The notes under the pieces are model-generated. The model was not told the DNA's origin. It searched no databases and saw only the letters and a program-made list of their open reading frames with translations. The translations under genes and the position numbers were made by a program. A stretch of 64,000 bases of DNA from an uncultured delta proteobacterium (GTDB lineage Bacteria > Desulfobacterota > Binatia > DP-6). Shown here one piece after another: positions 24,024 to 33,320 of the stretch. Numbering within the stretch: position 1 is the stretch's first letter; every line of letters begins with the position of its first letter. The stretch spans positions 128,001 to 192,000 of the forward strand of contig CAWFFN010000008.1 in the NCBI GenBank assembly GCA_963815115.1, in the 5' to 3' direction.

Positions 24024-24153
24024 TCCCGACGGCAGCGAGAGTGGTCGACGCGAGACGCCGCGACATCTCTCGGGATCGTCGGTGATCATCGCGATCATCG
24101 TACCGCTCCGGCGGAAGCACGCCATCCCAATAGACGCCGGGCGCTCCAGGCGG

Positions 24154-25101
24154 CTAGCGGCGAAGTGATCGGCGAGGCTCGGGCTCTTCGTCGGGTACCG
24201 TGATCGGGACGGCCGGCACCCTCGGCCAGACGTCATCGAACAGCAACCACTGCCACGGCCGCTCTCGCACCAGGCGTTCGTAGAAGCGCACGGTGGCATT
24301 GAAGGCCGCCGTCGTGTCGGCCGCGGTGACGGGATCGAACCGGCCGGCGATACGCAATTCATACCGCCGGATACCCGTCCGGAGCGTGAACACCGGGACG
24401 AGTGGCGCGCGCGCGATGCGGGCCAGGACGAACGGCCCGATCCGGAACGGCGCTGGGCGGCCGCAGAACTCGATCTCCCGCGCGCCCGGCAAGGGGCCCC
24501 ACGGATCGATCTGCAAGCCGACGACCTCGTCGCGGCGAAGGGCCTGGAGCAGGGGGAGGGCGGCAAAGACGGAGCGGCCGGAGTAGATGACGTTGAAACC
24601 GTAACGCGTGCGGAGCCGGTGCATGAACTCGCGCGTGGTCGGGTTCGGCTCCGGCGCAACGACCAGATTCACCGGTCGACCGAGGTCGGAAAGAAAACGT
24701 GCGCCGATCTCCGACCCGCCGAAGTGAGCGGTGGGCACCACGAGCCCGCGGTGCTCCGCCAGGGCCGACTGGAAGAGCTCGGGATCAGGCACCGCGAGCG
24801 AAAGCGGCGGTGGGTGCGGGCCCCACTGCTCGAGGCTCTCGGTCATGGAACGGGCGAACTCGGCGAATACGCGGTATGCGTCCCGGCGCTCGCGGAGCCA
24901 GCCGCGCGGCCCGCGCACCTGCCGTTGATTGCGAAGCACGGCGGCACGGCGCTCCGACGCGATCGCGAAAATGATGCCCGCGATGACCGGCGGCGAGCCG
25001 CGCTTCCACCATTCGGGACCATACACGCAGCCGAGCTCCGCGAAGCGACGCCAGGCACCGCTGTCGAAACGTAGTGCGGCACGGACCTGCGCGAAGCTCA
25101 T
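24154..25101 (-). CDS. Lysophospholipid/lipid A lauroyl-type acyltransferase, paralog 1
   Basis: TAHFGGSE (HxGxxE), EFCGRPAPF, RERPWQWL; near-colinear with 50002..50958. Confidence 0.85.
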   Translation of the reverse strand: MSFAQVRAALRFDSGAWRRFAELGCVYGPEWWKRGSPPVIAGIIFAIASERRAAVLRNQRQVRGPRGWLRERRDAYRVFAEFARSMTESLEQWGPHPPPLSLAVPDPELFQSALAEHRGLVVPTAHFGGSEIGARFLSDLGRPVNLVVAPEPNPTTREFMHRLRTRYGFNVIYSGRSVFAALPLLQALRRDEVVGLQIDPWGPLPGAREIEFCGRPAPFRIGPFVLARIARAPLVPVFTLRTGIRRYELRIAGRFDPVTAADTTAAFNATVRFYERLVRERPWQWLLFDDVWPRVPAVPITVPDEEPEPRRSLRR

Positions 25102-25264
25102 CGCGGGCGTTTCTCAATCGCCGTGAGGGTCGGGCGATCAACCCGAGAATGGAATCGGTGCACGCCTTCCCCCGCTTCCCGGTGCCGGGTCAGGCTGCCT
25201 CGCCCGTCGCCACATCACCCCGGATGATTGCCGTCCGCACACGGTAGCACTACGCGCATCAAAC

Positions 25265-25591
25265 GTGCTCGTAGGGAATCCCCAATCTCGTGCGCTTGAG
25301 TGCTCCACCCCTCGGCCACACGAGCGTCACCACCGTACGCGGGTGCGCCTTGCCGGCGTCACGCTGGTCGGCTGGTCCACGCGCGGCTACGACGGCATGC
25401 GCGGGCAGACTCCCGAGGCCGTTGTCGAAAGAGTCGCTCGAACGCTCACCGACGGCGCGATCGTGATGCTGCACGATGCCGCCGAGCGCGACGACTTCGA
25501 GCCCGCGACCGTTCGCGCTCTGCCGCGACTCCTCGCGGTGCTCGACCGTCGCGGGCTCACGAGCATCGGGCCTCGATGCCCTGCTCGGTAG
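25265..25591 (+). pseudogene. C-terminal fragment of a polysaccharide deacetylase (NodB/CE4)
   Basis: VGWSTRGYDG and GAIVMLHD (CE4 motifs 4 and 5) are present; the N-terminal TFDDGP and HSxxH motifs are absent. Confidence 0.7.
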
Positions 25592-25749
25592 GCCGACGAC
25601 GCCGAGGGCGTCCCGCCCCATTCCCCGCCAGAGGTCTACGGTCGGGGAGGACTTGGAGGCGTCTGCGAACGTCTGATAGGGTTCTCTCTCGGTCAGCTCA
25701 ACCTCAAGAGGCCGTCGTGCCAGCTACCTGCACCTAAATGCCGCCAGGC

Positions 25750-27075
25750 ATGAGTGTCACGCACGCCCCGGACGTGGCGGTGATCGGTGGCGGGCCGGCC
25801 GGCGCGGTGGCGGCCGCGATGCTGGCCCGCGCCGGGCTTCGCGTGGTCGTCCTCGAGCGCGAGCGATTTCCGCGCTACCACATCGGCGAGTCACTGCTCT
25901 CCGCCACCCTGCCGATCCTCGACGCGATCGGCGCCACGCCCCGCATCGAGGCGCACGGCTTTCTCCGCAAGCCCGGCGGCACCTTCCAGTGGGGGCGACA
26001 GAGCGAACCGTGGAGCTTCTGGTTCCGCGAGGATCCCGGCGGCCGGCCGCACGCCTTCCAGGTCATCCGCTCCGAGTTCGACCAGCTCCTGCTGGAGAAT
26101 GCGCGCGATCGCGGCGCCGAGGTGCACGAGGAGCACGCCGTCGAGGAGATCGACGCCAGCGGCGCCACCCCGGTCCTGCGCGGGGTCACCGCGGACGGCG
26201 CGGCGTTCGCGGTCGCGCCCCGCTTCCTGATCGACGCCAGCGGACAGCGCGCGCTGCTCGGCCGCGCGCTGGGGCTGCGCCGCTTCAACCAGTTCTTCAA
26301 GAACCTGGCCATCTTCGGCTACTTCCGCGGCGCCGAGCGCCTGCCGGGCGAGCTGCGCAACCACATCCTGTCCGCCGCCTTCGCGGACGGCTGGTTCTGG
26401 TACATCCCGCTGCACGACGGCACCATGAGCGTCGGCGCGGTGGTCGACGTACGGCGCTGGGATCGGGTGGCCGCCGAGGATACCGAGGCCACCTACCGCG
26501 GACTGGTCGCGCGCTGCCCGGCGATCGCCGAGCGGCTGCGAAGCGCCACGCTGGTGTCGCCGGTGCGGATGATCCGCGACTACTCGTACGATTCGAGCCA
26601 CTTCTGGGGCCGCGGCTGGCTCCTCGCCGGGGACGCCGCCTGCTTCATCGATCCCGTGTTCTCGACGGGCGTTCACCTCGCCTGCCTGTCGGGATTCCTC
26701 GGCGCCCGCGCGGTGCGCAGCGTGCTCCGCGGCGAGACCACGGAGGCGGAGGCGCTGGCGGTGTACGACCGATCCTACCGGGGCGCCTTCGAGCGTTACC
26801 TGCGCTTCCTCTACTTCTTCTACGATCACAACACCGACCCCGACTCCTACTTCTGGACGGCGCGCCGGACGCTCGCGCACGCACCGGCCGATCTCGACGC
26901 CCGCACCGCCTTCGTGCGGCTCATGTCGGGGGGCGGTGACTGGGACGCGCTCCCGGGCGCGCTCGACCGCGAGCACGCCCGCTGGGACGAGGCCATCCGC
27001 CGCGGCCGCGCCAGCGCGCTCCCGGGAAACGACATCCTCCGGGTGCGCACCACGGAGCGGCTGATCGAGGACTAG
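25750..27075 (+). CDS. Flavin-dependent halogenase (carrier-protein-acting, PltA/CndH-like type)
   Basis: GGGPAG, FPRYHIGESL, putative catalytic Lys in FLRKPGG, WFWYIP (WxWxIP), FIDPVFSTG (FxxPxxSxG). Confidence 0.85.
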   Translation: MSVTHAPDVAVIGGGPAGAVAAAMLARAGLRVVVLERERFPRYHIGESLLSATLPILDAIGATPRIEAHGFLRKPGGTFQWGRQSEPWSFWFREDPGGRPHAFQVIRSEFDQLLLENARDRGAEVHEEHAVEEIDASGATPVLRGVTADGAAFAVAPRFLIDASGQRALLGRALGLRRFNQFFKNLAIFGYFRGAERLPGELRNHILSAAFADGWFWYIPLHDGTMSVGAVVDVRRWDRVAAEDTEATYRGLVARCPAIAERLRSATLVSPVRMIRDYSYDSSHFWGRGWLLAGDAACFIDPVFSTGVHLACLSGFLGARAVRSVLRGETTEAEALAVYDRSYRGAFERYLRFLYFFYDHNTDPDSYFWTARRTLAHAPADLDARTAFVRLMSGGGDWDALPGALDREHARWDEAIRRGRASALPGNDILRVRTTERLIED

Positions 27076-27086
27076 GAGCGGGGCCG

Positions 27087-28508
27087 ATGCGGGTCCTCCT
27101 CGTCTCCGCCAACCAGGAACGCAGCCCCGACCCCGTCGCGCCGCTCGGCCTGTGCTACGTGGCGACGGCCGTGGCGGATGCAGGCCACGACGTCCTCGTG
27201 GTCGATCTCTGCTTCCGGCCGGACGTCGAGACGGCGATCGCGGAAGGCGCGGACGCGCTGCGTCCCGACGTGATCGGCCTCTCGATGCGCAACGTCGACA
27301 ACTGCGCGTTCCCGGACACGGTGTCCTATCTGCCCCACTACCGGCGCGTCGTCGCCGCCTGTCGCGCCGCTTCCGAGGCGCCCGTCGTGCTGGGGGGCTC
27401 GGCGTTCACGACCATGCCGGCACACTACCTTCGCGTGCTCGACGTGCCCTACGGCGTGGTCGGCGAGGGCGAGGGCACCTTCCCCGCGTTGCTCGAGCGG
27501 CTCGCCGCCGGGCACGTGGCCGACGACCTCGGGGGTCTCGCCCGGCTCGACGGCGAACGCGTCCGGGTGAACGCGCCCGCCTGGCTGTCCGACCTCGACG
27601 GGCTGCGCGCGGACCGGCGCTGGATGGACGTCGGCGAGTACTTCGAGCGCGGCGGCATGGCGAACCTTCAGACCAAGCGCGGCTGCCACTTCAAATGCAC
27701 CTTCTGCGCCTACCCGGTGATCGAGGGCCGCGGAATGCGGACGCGCGATCCGGCGTTGATCGCGGCCGAGGTGCGCGCGTTGCTCGACGACCACGGCATC
27801 GACCAGTTCTTCGTCGTCGACAGCATCTTCAACGCCCCGCGCGGCTACGCCGAGCGCGTCGCGGCGGCGCTCCGACCGCTCGGCCGCCACGTGCGCTGGT
27901 CCTGCTTCGTCGGACCGGGAAACTTCACCGCGGAGCTGGCCGACCTGATGATGGAGGCGGGCTGCCAGTCGGTCGACTTCGGGACCGATGCCGCATCGAC
28001 CGCCACGCTGCGGGGCTATCGCAAGAGCTTCACGGTCGAGGACATCCTCGCCGCGTCCGCCGTGTGCCGGGAGCGCAGCCTCCCCTTCTGTCACAGCCTG
28101 GTCTTCGGCGGCGAGGGCGAGACCTGGGACACGGTGGCGGAGACCATCGCCGTCATGGACACCTGCCGTCCCACGGCGGTGAACGCCATGTGCGGCGTGC
28201 GCGTCTACCCGGAGACGCCGCTGGCGGCGACGCTGCTCGCGCGCGGCGAGGTGCCGTCGGTCGAGGCGCTCTACGAGCCCTGGTTCCACTTCGCACCCGC
28301 GGTCCGCGCGGGGCTCGCCGACGTGGTCGGCGAGGCGGCCCGGGCACGCGGCAACTGGCTGCTGCCCGGAAACAAGATCAACGACGAGGACCAGCTCTTC
28401 GCCACGCTCCGCGGGCGCGGGTTGAAGGGCGATCTCTGGCGCTACGTGACCCGGCTCGGGCTGGGCCGCGCCATCGCCGGTCCCCGGCGCTCGCAGCCGC
28501 CGTCGTAG
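27087..28508 (+). CDS. Cobalamin-binding radical SAM protein #2 (lipid-biosynthesis/ladderane-island-associated type)
   Basis: MRVLLVSANQERSPDPVAPLGL, GLSMRNVDN, QTKRGCHFKCTFCAYP, FVVDSIFN, GVRVYPET. Confidence 0.88.
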   Translation: MRVLLVSANQERSPDPVAPLGLCYVATAVADAGHDVLVVDLCFRPDVETAIAEGADALRPDVIGLSMRNVDNCAFPDTVSYLPHYRRVVAACRAASEAPVVLGGSAFTTMPAHYLRVLDVPYGVVGEGEGTFPALLERLAAGHVADDLGGLARLDGERVRVNAPAWLSDLDGLRADRRWMDVGEYFERGGMANLQTKRGCHFKCTFCAYPVIEGRGMRTRDPALIAAEVRALLDDHGIDQFFVVDSIFNAPRGYAERVAAALRPLGRHVRWSCFVGPGNFTAELADLMMEAGCQSVDFGTDAASTATLRGYRKSFTVEDILAASAVCRERSLPFCHSLVFGGEGETWDTVAETIAVMDTCRPTAVNAMCGVRVYPETPLAATLLARGEVPSVEALYEPWFHFAPAVRAGLADVVGEAARARGNWLLPGNKINDEDQLFATLRGRGLKGDLWRYVTRLGLGRAIAGPRRSQPPS

Positions 28509-28613
28509 ACGGCTTCCGGGAGGGTCGTGGCGTCGCCCGGCACGGCGAGGGTCGCACCGCCCCAGGCGCCTGTGCCGCATGGCGAGGGCGCCGATGTCCG
28601 GTCCGATACGCTC

Positions 28614-28630
28614 TTGAAAATGATTTTCAA
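28614..28630. promoter_or_regulatory. Fur-type operator (deltaproteobacterial consensus WTGAAAATNATTTTCAW)
   Basis: Perfect 8-1-8 palindrome TTGAAAAT-G-ATTTTCAA, strikingly AT-rich in this GC-rich DNA, 18 bp upstream of ATG 28649. Confidence 0.75.
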
Positions 28631-28648
28631 TTTCGATATGACCGCGCC

Positions 28649-29263
28649 ATGAACTGGATCCCGCTCACCGGCCTGGTGCTCTTCGTTGGACTCGCCGTCG
28701 GCTGGCGCTCGTGGTTGCAACGACGCCGGCACGGGTCCTCCGGGATCGTGATGTTCCGCTCGGGAAGCCGAGTGCAGGACCTGCGCGAAGCGGGGGCGGT
28801 CGCCCTCCTGCTCCTGCTGGCGGCGCAGGCGACCGCCGTCGCCGTCGACCCCGGATCGCTCGACCGGTTCCTCGTCGTGCGCCCGACGCCGGTCCTGCAA
28901 TACGTCGGGGCGATCGTTCTCCTCGCCGGCGTCGCGCTCACGATCGCCGCACAGCTCGACCTCGGCGCATCGTGGCGCATCGGCATCGAGCAGGCCGCGC
29001 GCCCCGGCCTCGTCGTCGGCGGCCTCTATCGCTTCTGCCGGAACCCGATCTTCCTGGCGATGCTGGCCGTCCTGGTCGGGTTCGCACTGCTCGTCCCGAC
29101 CTGGCCGTCACTCGGCGCATTCCTCGGTACCTACGTCGGCATCCGCGGCGCGATCGGTGTCGAGGAGGGCTACCTGCGGCAGGCCTACGGCGACGACTAC
29201 CTCGCCTACGCCTCGCGAGTCGGCCGCTTCCTCCCGCACCTGGGTCGACTGGCGATCCGCTGA
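28649..29263 (+). CDS. Isoprenylcysteine carboxyl methyltransferase (ICMT/PEMT) family membrane protein
   Basis: LGASWRIGI, GLYRFCRNPIF, EEGYL...YGDDYLAY...RF. Confidence 0.88.
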   Translation: MNWIPLTGLVLFVGLAVGWRSWLQRRRHGSSGIVMFRSGSRVQDLREAGAVALLLLLAAQATAVAVDPGSLDRFLVVRPTPVLQYVGAIVLLAGVALTIAAQLDLGASWRIGIEQAARPGLVVGGLYRFCRNPIFLAMLAVLVGFALLVPTWPSLGAFLGTYVGIRGAIGVEEGYLRQAYGDDYLAYASRVGRFLPHLGRLAIR

Positions 29264-29384
29264 TGCCGAGGCCGGTCGCGTAGGCCCGCCTGGGCAACCG
29301 CGATGCCGCCGCGGCGGTGAGCCGGCGGCACGAGCCGTCCGGCGCCTTGCGGTCCCCGTGAGCGCGCGGCGGCCCGCGCTCCCG

Positions 29385-29981
29385 TCACGATGCACGCGGT
29401 CTGCGCTTGCACCCCGTGAGCCGGATGAGCTGCAGCCGCAAGGCCCCCTCCGACATCGCTTCGCCCGATGCCTTGTGGCACGTGAACGTGTTCGGTTCCG
29501 CCTCGCCGAGGCCGAACGCGATGGTGGCCCTGAACTCGCAGCGTGCCCCGTCGGGGTACTGCGCCATCCCGATCAGGCGGTCGTCCCTGATCACGCCGCT
29601 GAACCGCGCCCGCTCGCCGGAGCACAGGGGGAAGTCCTCGCTCGCCGGGTCGCAACGCGGGGGCAGCCCCGGCGCGGACGGCGGACCCGCCGAGTAGTCG
29701 GACCACACCTCGAGCCGTCCGGCGAGCCGGCGGAGCGACCGCCTCTCGCGCCCGCGCGCAAAGAGCGTCCAGTACGCGGGCACGTTGGGCGACATCGAGT
29801 TGAAGCCGAGGATCCCGGCATTGGGAACGCACGGCGATCGTGACGGCGGGCACTCCACGAGGCTGCCGTCCCTCGGGCACAGCCCGCCGAACGCACACCG
29901 CCGGCATCCGCCGCAATCCGCGGTTCGGACAGAGACCGTCACCAGCGTGAGGACCGCGAGCACGAGCGCAACGACCGGCAT
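29385..29981 (-). CDS. Hypothetical secreted Cys-rich protein
   Basis: GGAGGT RBS, hydrophobic signal peptide, about ten Cys; no family recognised. Confidence 0.6.
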   Translation of the reverse strand: MPVVALVLAVLTLVTVSVRTADCGGCRRCAFGGLCPRDGSLVECPPSRSPCVPNAGILGFNSMSPNVPAYWTLFARGRERRSLRRLAGRLEVWSDYSAGPPSAPGLPPRCDPASEDFPLCSGERARFSGVIRDDRLIGMAQYPDGARCEFRATIAFGLGEAEPNTFTCHKASGEAMSEGALRLQLIRLTGCKRRPRAS

Positions 29982-30161
29982 CGCTCACCTCCGATGGCAG
30001 GGACACTACCACCAAGCGCGGGAAGCTGGCACGCCCGATGATGACCCCGGGCAGGACTGAAGGCCGACGCCCGGCCTCGGGCGATGCGTCCGCCCATGTG
30101 CGCGCTGCGCACCCCAGTCAACCGAGCGGGACCACTGCTCGAGGAGCGCGCGGGACCGGGA

Positions 30162-31430
30162 TCAGGCGGTCGACGGAGCCGTCGCCCGCCAGGCGTTGAT
30201 CCGGCCCACATTGTGGCAGTCGAGGGCCTCGATCTCGGTGAAGCCCGCCTGCTGCTCGTCCGGCAACTGGTGGAAGAGGGTGTTGCTCGCCACGATCTCG
30301 CTCGGTCCCGCCACCGCCATCAGCCGCGCGGCGACGTTGATCGCATCGCCGATGACGCCCACCTGGATGCGGCTGAAGGGGCGCAACGAAACGATCTGGA
30401 GATCGCCCACCGCCATGCCGACGTGCACGCCCCGTGCGGCCTGCGCCCGATCGATGTGGCGCTGCCACCGATTGGAGACGGAGCGCCCGATGTCGAGCAG
30501 GTTGCGGGCGGCCTGGAGCGCACGCCCCGGCGCGTCGTGCGCGTCGCGGGGGATACCGAAGAGACCGATCACCTCGTCGCCGACGAACTGATAGAGCATG
30601 CCGCCGTCGTCCTGGACCTGTGACCGCGCCTTCGCATAGAAGGCGGTCAGGTTGTCGCGGATGACCTCGTCATCGCTCGTGTCGCGCACGTAGCTGGAGA
30701 ACGCGCACAGGTCGGCCATGACGATGGCGACGTTGCGGTAGACACCCTGGGGCAGCATCTCCTCGGGCGCCAGCCCGAGCCTGCGCAGCTCCTGGAGCCG
30801 CCACACCCCGAAATGCCACAGCAGCTCCGATCGGAGCGGGTCGTTGGTGTAGCCCGCGAGGTCCGCTCCGCCAAACGCCTGGAACCCACGTGCATGCTCG
30901 ATCCGATGGGACACGTCGGCGAGAGTGTCGGGTTCGGGCCCAGGGACGCTGACGCCCAGGTGAGCGGCGATGCGCTCGCGGACCGCCTTGCCCGTCCACG
31001 TCTCGACCGCGAGCCGGTCCGGTACGACCTGCCGCATGGCCGCTTCCAGGCGCTGCCAGTCGCGCGGCGTGGCGTCGTCGACCACCACCACGACCTTGGA
31101 GGCCTCGCCGACGCGCGCCCCGGCGGGCTCGTACTTCCGCCGCAGAGACTGCACGATCACGGCGTCGGGGAGCCCATACTCGATCTCCATGTAGTAGGGC
31201 GCCTGGTCCCGCGGCTCGACCCGGATGTCGGCGAAGCGGGCGGGATCACCGAGGGCGTATTCGTGCTTCACCCGCAGGTCGTCACCGCTCAGGCCGTCGC
31301 GCTGGGCGTGCTCGAAGCGGACGAGATCGCAGCAGAGCCCCTCGAGCAGGAGCCGGAGCTGGCTCCAGTAGGCCGCACCGCCGGGAATCGCGAGCGACGA
31401 GTCGGGCGCGGCGGCGTGGGCTCCGGGCAC
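30162..31430 (-). CDS. Class III nucleotide cyclase domain protein with an uncharacterised N-terminal region
   Basis: MADLCAFSSY, QFVGDEV, HVGMAVG, IGDAINVAARL. Confidence 0.85.
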   Translation of the reverse strand: MPGAHAAAPDSSLAIPGGAAYWSQLRLLLEGLCCDLVRFEHAQRDGLSGDDLRVKHEYALGDPARFADIRVEPRDQAPYYMEIEYGLPDAVIVQSLRRKYEPAGARVGEASKVVVVVDDATPRDWQRLEAAMRQVVPDRLAVETWTGKAVRERIAAHLGVSVPGPEPDTLADVSHRIEHARGFQAFGGADLAGYTNDPLRSELLWHFGVWRLQELRRLGLAPEEMLPQGVYRNVAIVMADLCAFSSYVRDTSDDEVIRDNLTAFYAKARSQVQDDGGMLYQFVGDEVIGLFGIPRDAHDAPGRALQAARNLLDIGRSVSNRWQRHIDRAQAARGVHVGMAVGDLQIVSLRPFSRIQVGVIGDAINVAARLMAVAGPSEIVASNTLFHQLPDEQQAGFTEIEALDCHNVGRINAWRATAPSTA

Positions 31431-31922
31431 GACCTTTGATAACGTCCCGGATGCGCTCCTGTCAACGCTTTGTCATAGAGAAAGACAGTCGAGTCCGATA
31501 GCCGTCGCGGGGGCGCGCGGTGGCGGACGTCGTCGCCCAGCGACGGGCACGCATCCTGAACCAGATGGAGCCGGCCGGGCATCGCCCGCTCGACCCGAGC
31601 AGCACCTAGGTCCGTCCAGCTCATCGATGGGGCCTCGAGTTCCTCCAGCGCCAAAAATCCGACTCGTTCTTCGTTCGCGCGGTGGTGGCGGCTGATCGTC
31701 ACCCGATCCGGCCCCGCAAGTAGCGCAGCCGCGCCGGGGCGTCCGTTGACGAGGATGCCGGCCCGCACCCGCAACGTTCACGCCGGCGCAATCATCGGGT
31801 CATCAGGTCCTGCTAGGCGGACAAGTCGGAGAGCGGCCACCGATCTCGACGGGTCGATCTCACGCACCCGCTGGCACCGACAGATCGCGAAGGCCGCCGA
31901 ACCGAAGGGGGAGGAGTCGAGC

Positions 31923-33299
31923 ATGACTACACGACGACGCAGAATCGTCGCCGGCGTGACCGCAGTCGTCACGGGCTTGCTGATCACGTCGGTGGCGAAG
32001 GCTCGCAACGAGGACGACCGCAGCAACGTCATACGGCGCGCCATCGACAGCCATCGCGCACGGAACGTCATCATGTTCCTGGGCGACGGGATGGGAGACT
32101 CCGAGATCACCATCGCGCGCAACTACGAGAAAGGAGCGGCCGGACGGCTGTCGATGGACTCCCTGGCACTGACCGGTGAGTACACCACCTACGCCGTGAA
32201 GCGGGGCACGGCCGGCGTCCCGGACTACGTCACCGACTCGGCCGCATCCGGCACCGGATGGTCGACCGGACACAAGACCTACAACAACGCCATCTCCGTC
32301 GATCCCGTCACCTTCGTGCCGCTGCCGACCATCCTGGAGCTCGCGCAGCAGGCCGGCTTCAAGACCGGCAACATCACGACCGCCGAGCTGACCGATGCGA
32401 CGCCGGCGGTCCTGGACTCGCACATCACGCTGCGCGGCTGCCAGGGGCCGGCAGACATGGCGGCCTGTCCGACCGAGACCAAGGACGCCGGCGGCCTCGG
32501 CTCGATCGCCGAGCAGACCGTGGATCACGGGGTCGACGTGCTCATGGGCGGTGGCAAGCAGCGCTTCGACCAGACGGTGACCGGCGGGCCCTTCGCCGGA
32601 CAGACCGTGAGGGCGCAGGCCCAGGCGCAGGGCTATCAGATCGCCACCGACCAGGCCGGGCTCGACAACGCCCTCCCCACGGCGAAGTTCCTGGGACTGT
32701 TCGCCGCCGGCAACATGGACCTCGAGTGGACCGGTCCCCTCGCCGCTCCGTATCCGGGCCCCGACCCCGCGAGCTGCATCGAGCCCGATCCTGCACGGCC
32801 GGCCACCGAGCCGCACCTCTCCGCGATGACGGCGAAGGCCATCGCGCTGCTGTCGGCCAAGGTGAAGGGGGACAAGCGGAACGGGTTCTTCCTGCAGGTC
32901 GAGGGCGCCTCGATCGACAAGCAGGACCACGCCGAGAATCCGTGCGGGCAGATCGGCGAGACCATCGAGTTCGACCGGGCCATCCAGGTCGCCCTCGACT
33001 GGGCGAAGACCAACCCGGACACGCTCATCATCGTCACCGCGGATCATGGCCACACCAGCCAGATCATCGATCCGCAGACGGCGGCCGATCACAGCCCGGG
33101 CGCGATTGCCACCCTGCTCACGAAGGAAGGCCAGCCGATGGTCGTCAACTACGCGACCAACCTGCACGGCCGCTCGCAGAGCCACACCGGGACCGAGGTG
33201 CGGGTTGCGGCGCAGGGCCCGCAGGCCGCCAACGTCGTCGGCATCACCAACCAGACCGATCTCTTCCACACCATGGCGCGAGCGCTGGGCCTCGAGTAG
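31923..33299 (+). CDS. phoA: Alkaline phosphatase (PhoA family)
   Basis: GAGGAG RBS, signal peptide, FLGDGMG, VTDSAAS (catalytic Ser), DATPA, VEGASIDKQDH, TADHGH, QSHTG. Confidence 0.93.
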   Translation: MTTRRRRIVAGVTAVVTGLLITSVAKARNEDDRSNVIRRAIDSHRARNVIMFLGDGMGDSEITIARNYEKGAAGRLSMDSLALTGEYTTYAVKRGTAGVPDYVTDSAASGTGWSTGHKTYNNAISVDPVTFVPLPTILELAQQAGFKTGNITTAELTDATPAVLDSHITLRGCQGPADMAACPTETKDAGGLGSIAEQTVDHGVDVLMGGGKQRFDQTVTGGPFAGQTVRAQAQAQGYQIATDQAGLDNALPTAKFLGLFAAGNMDLEWTGPLAAPYPGPDPASCIEPDPARPATEPHLSAMTAKAIALLSAKVKGDKRNGFFLQVEGASIDKQDHAENPCGQIGETIEFDRAIQVALDWAKTNPDTLIIVTADHGHTSQIIDPQTAADHSPGAIATLLTKEGQPMVVNYATNLHGRSQSHTGTEVRVAAQGPQAANVVGITNQTDLFHTMARALGLE

Positions 33300-33320
33300 G
33301 CGCTCGGGGAACGCTGCTCG

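Noticed and set aside
29385-29981. Cys-rich protein as a RiPP precursor for the radical SAM enzymes
   Set aside because: It is 198 aa with a Sec-type signal peptide, and the radical SAM enzymes lack SPASM/RRE features.
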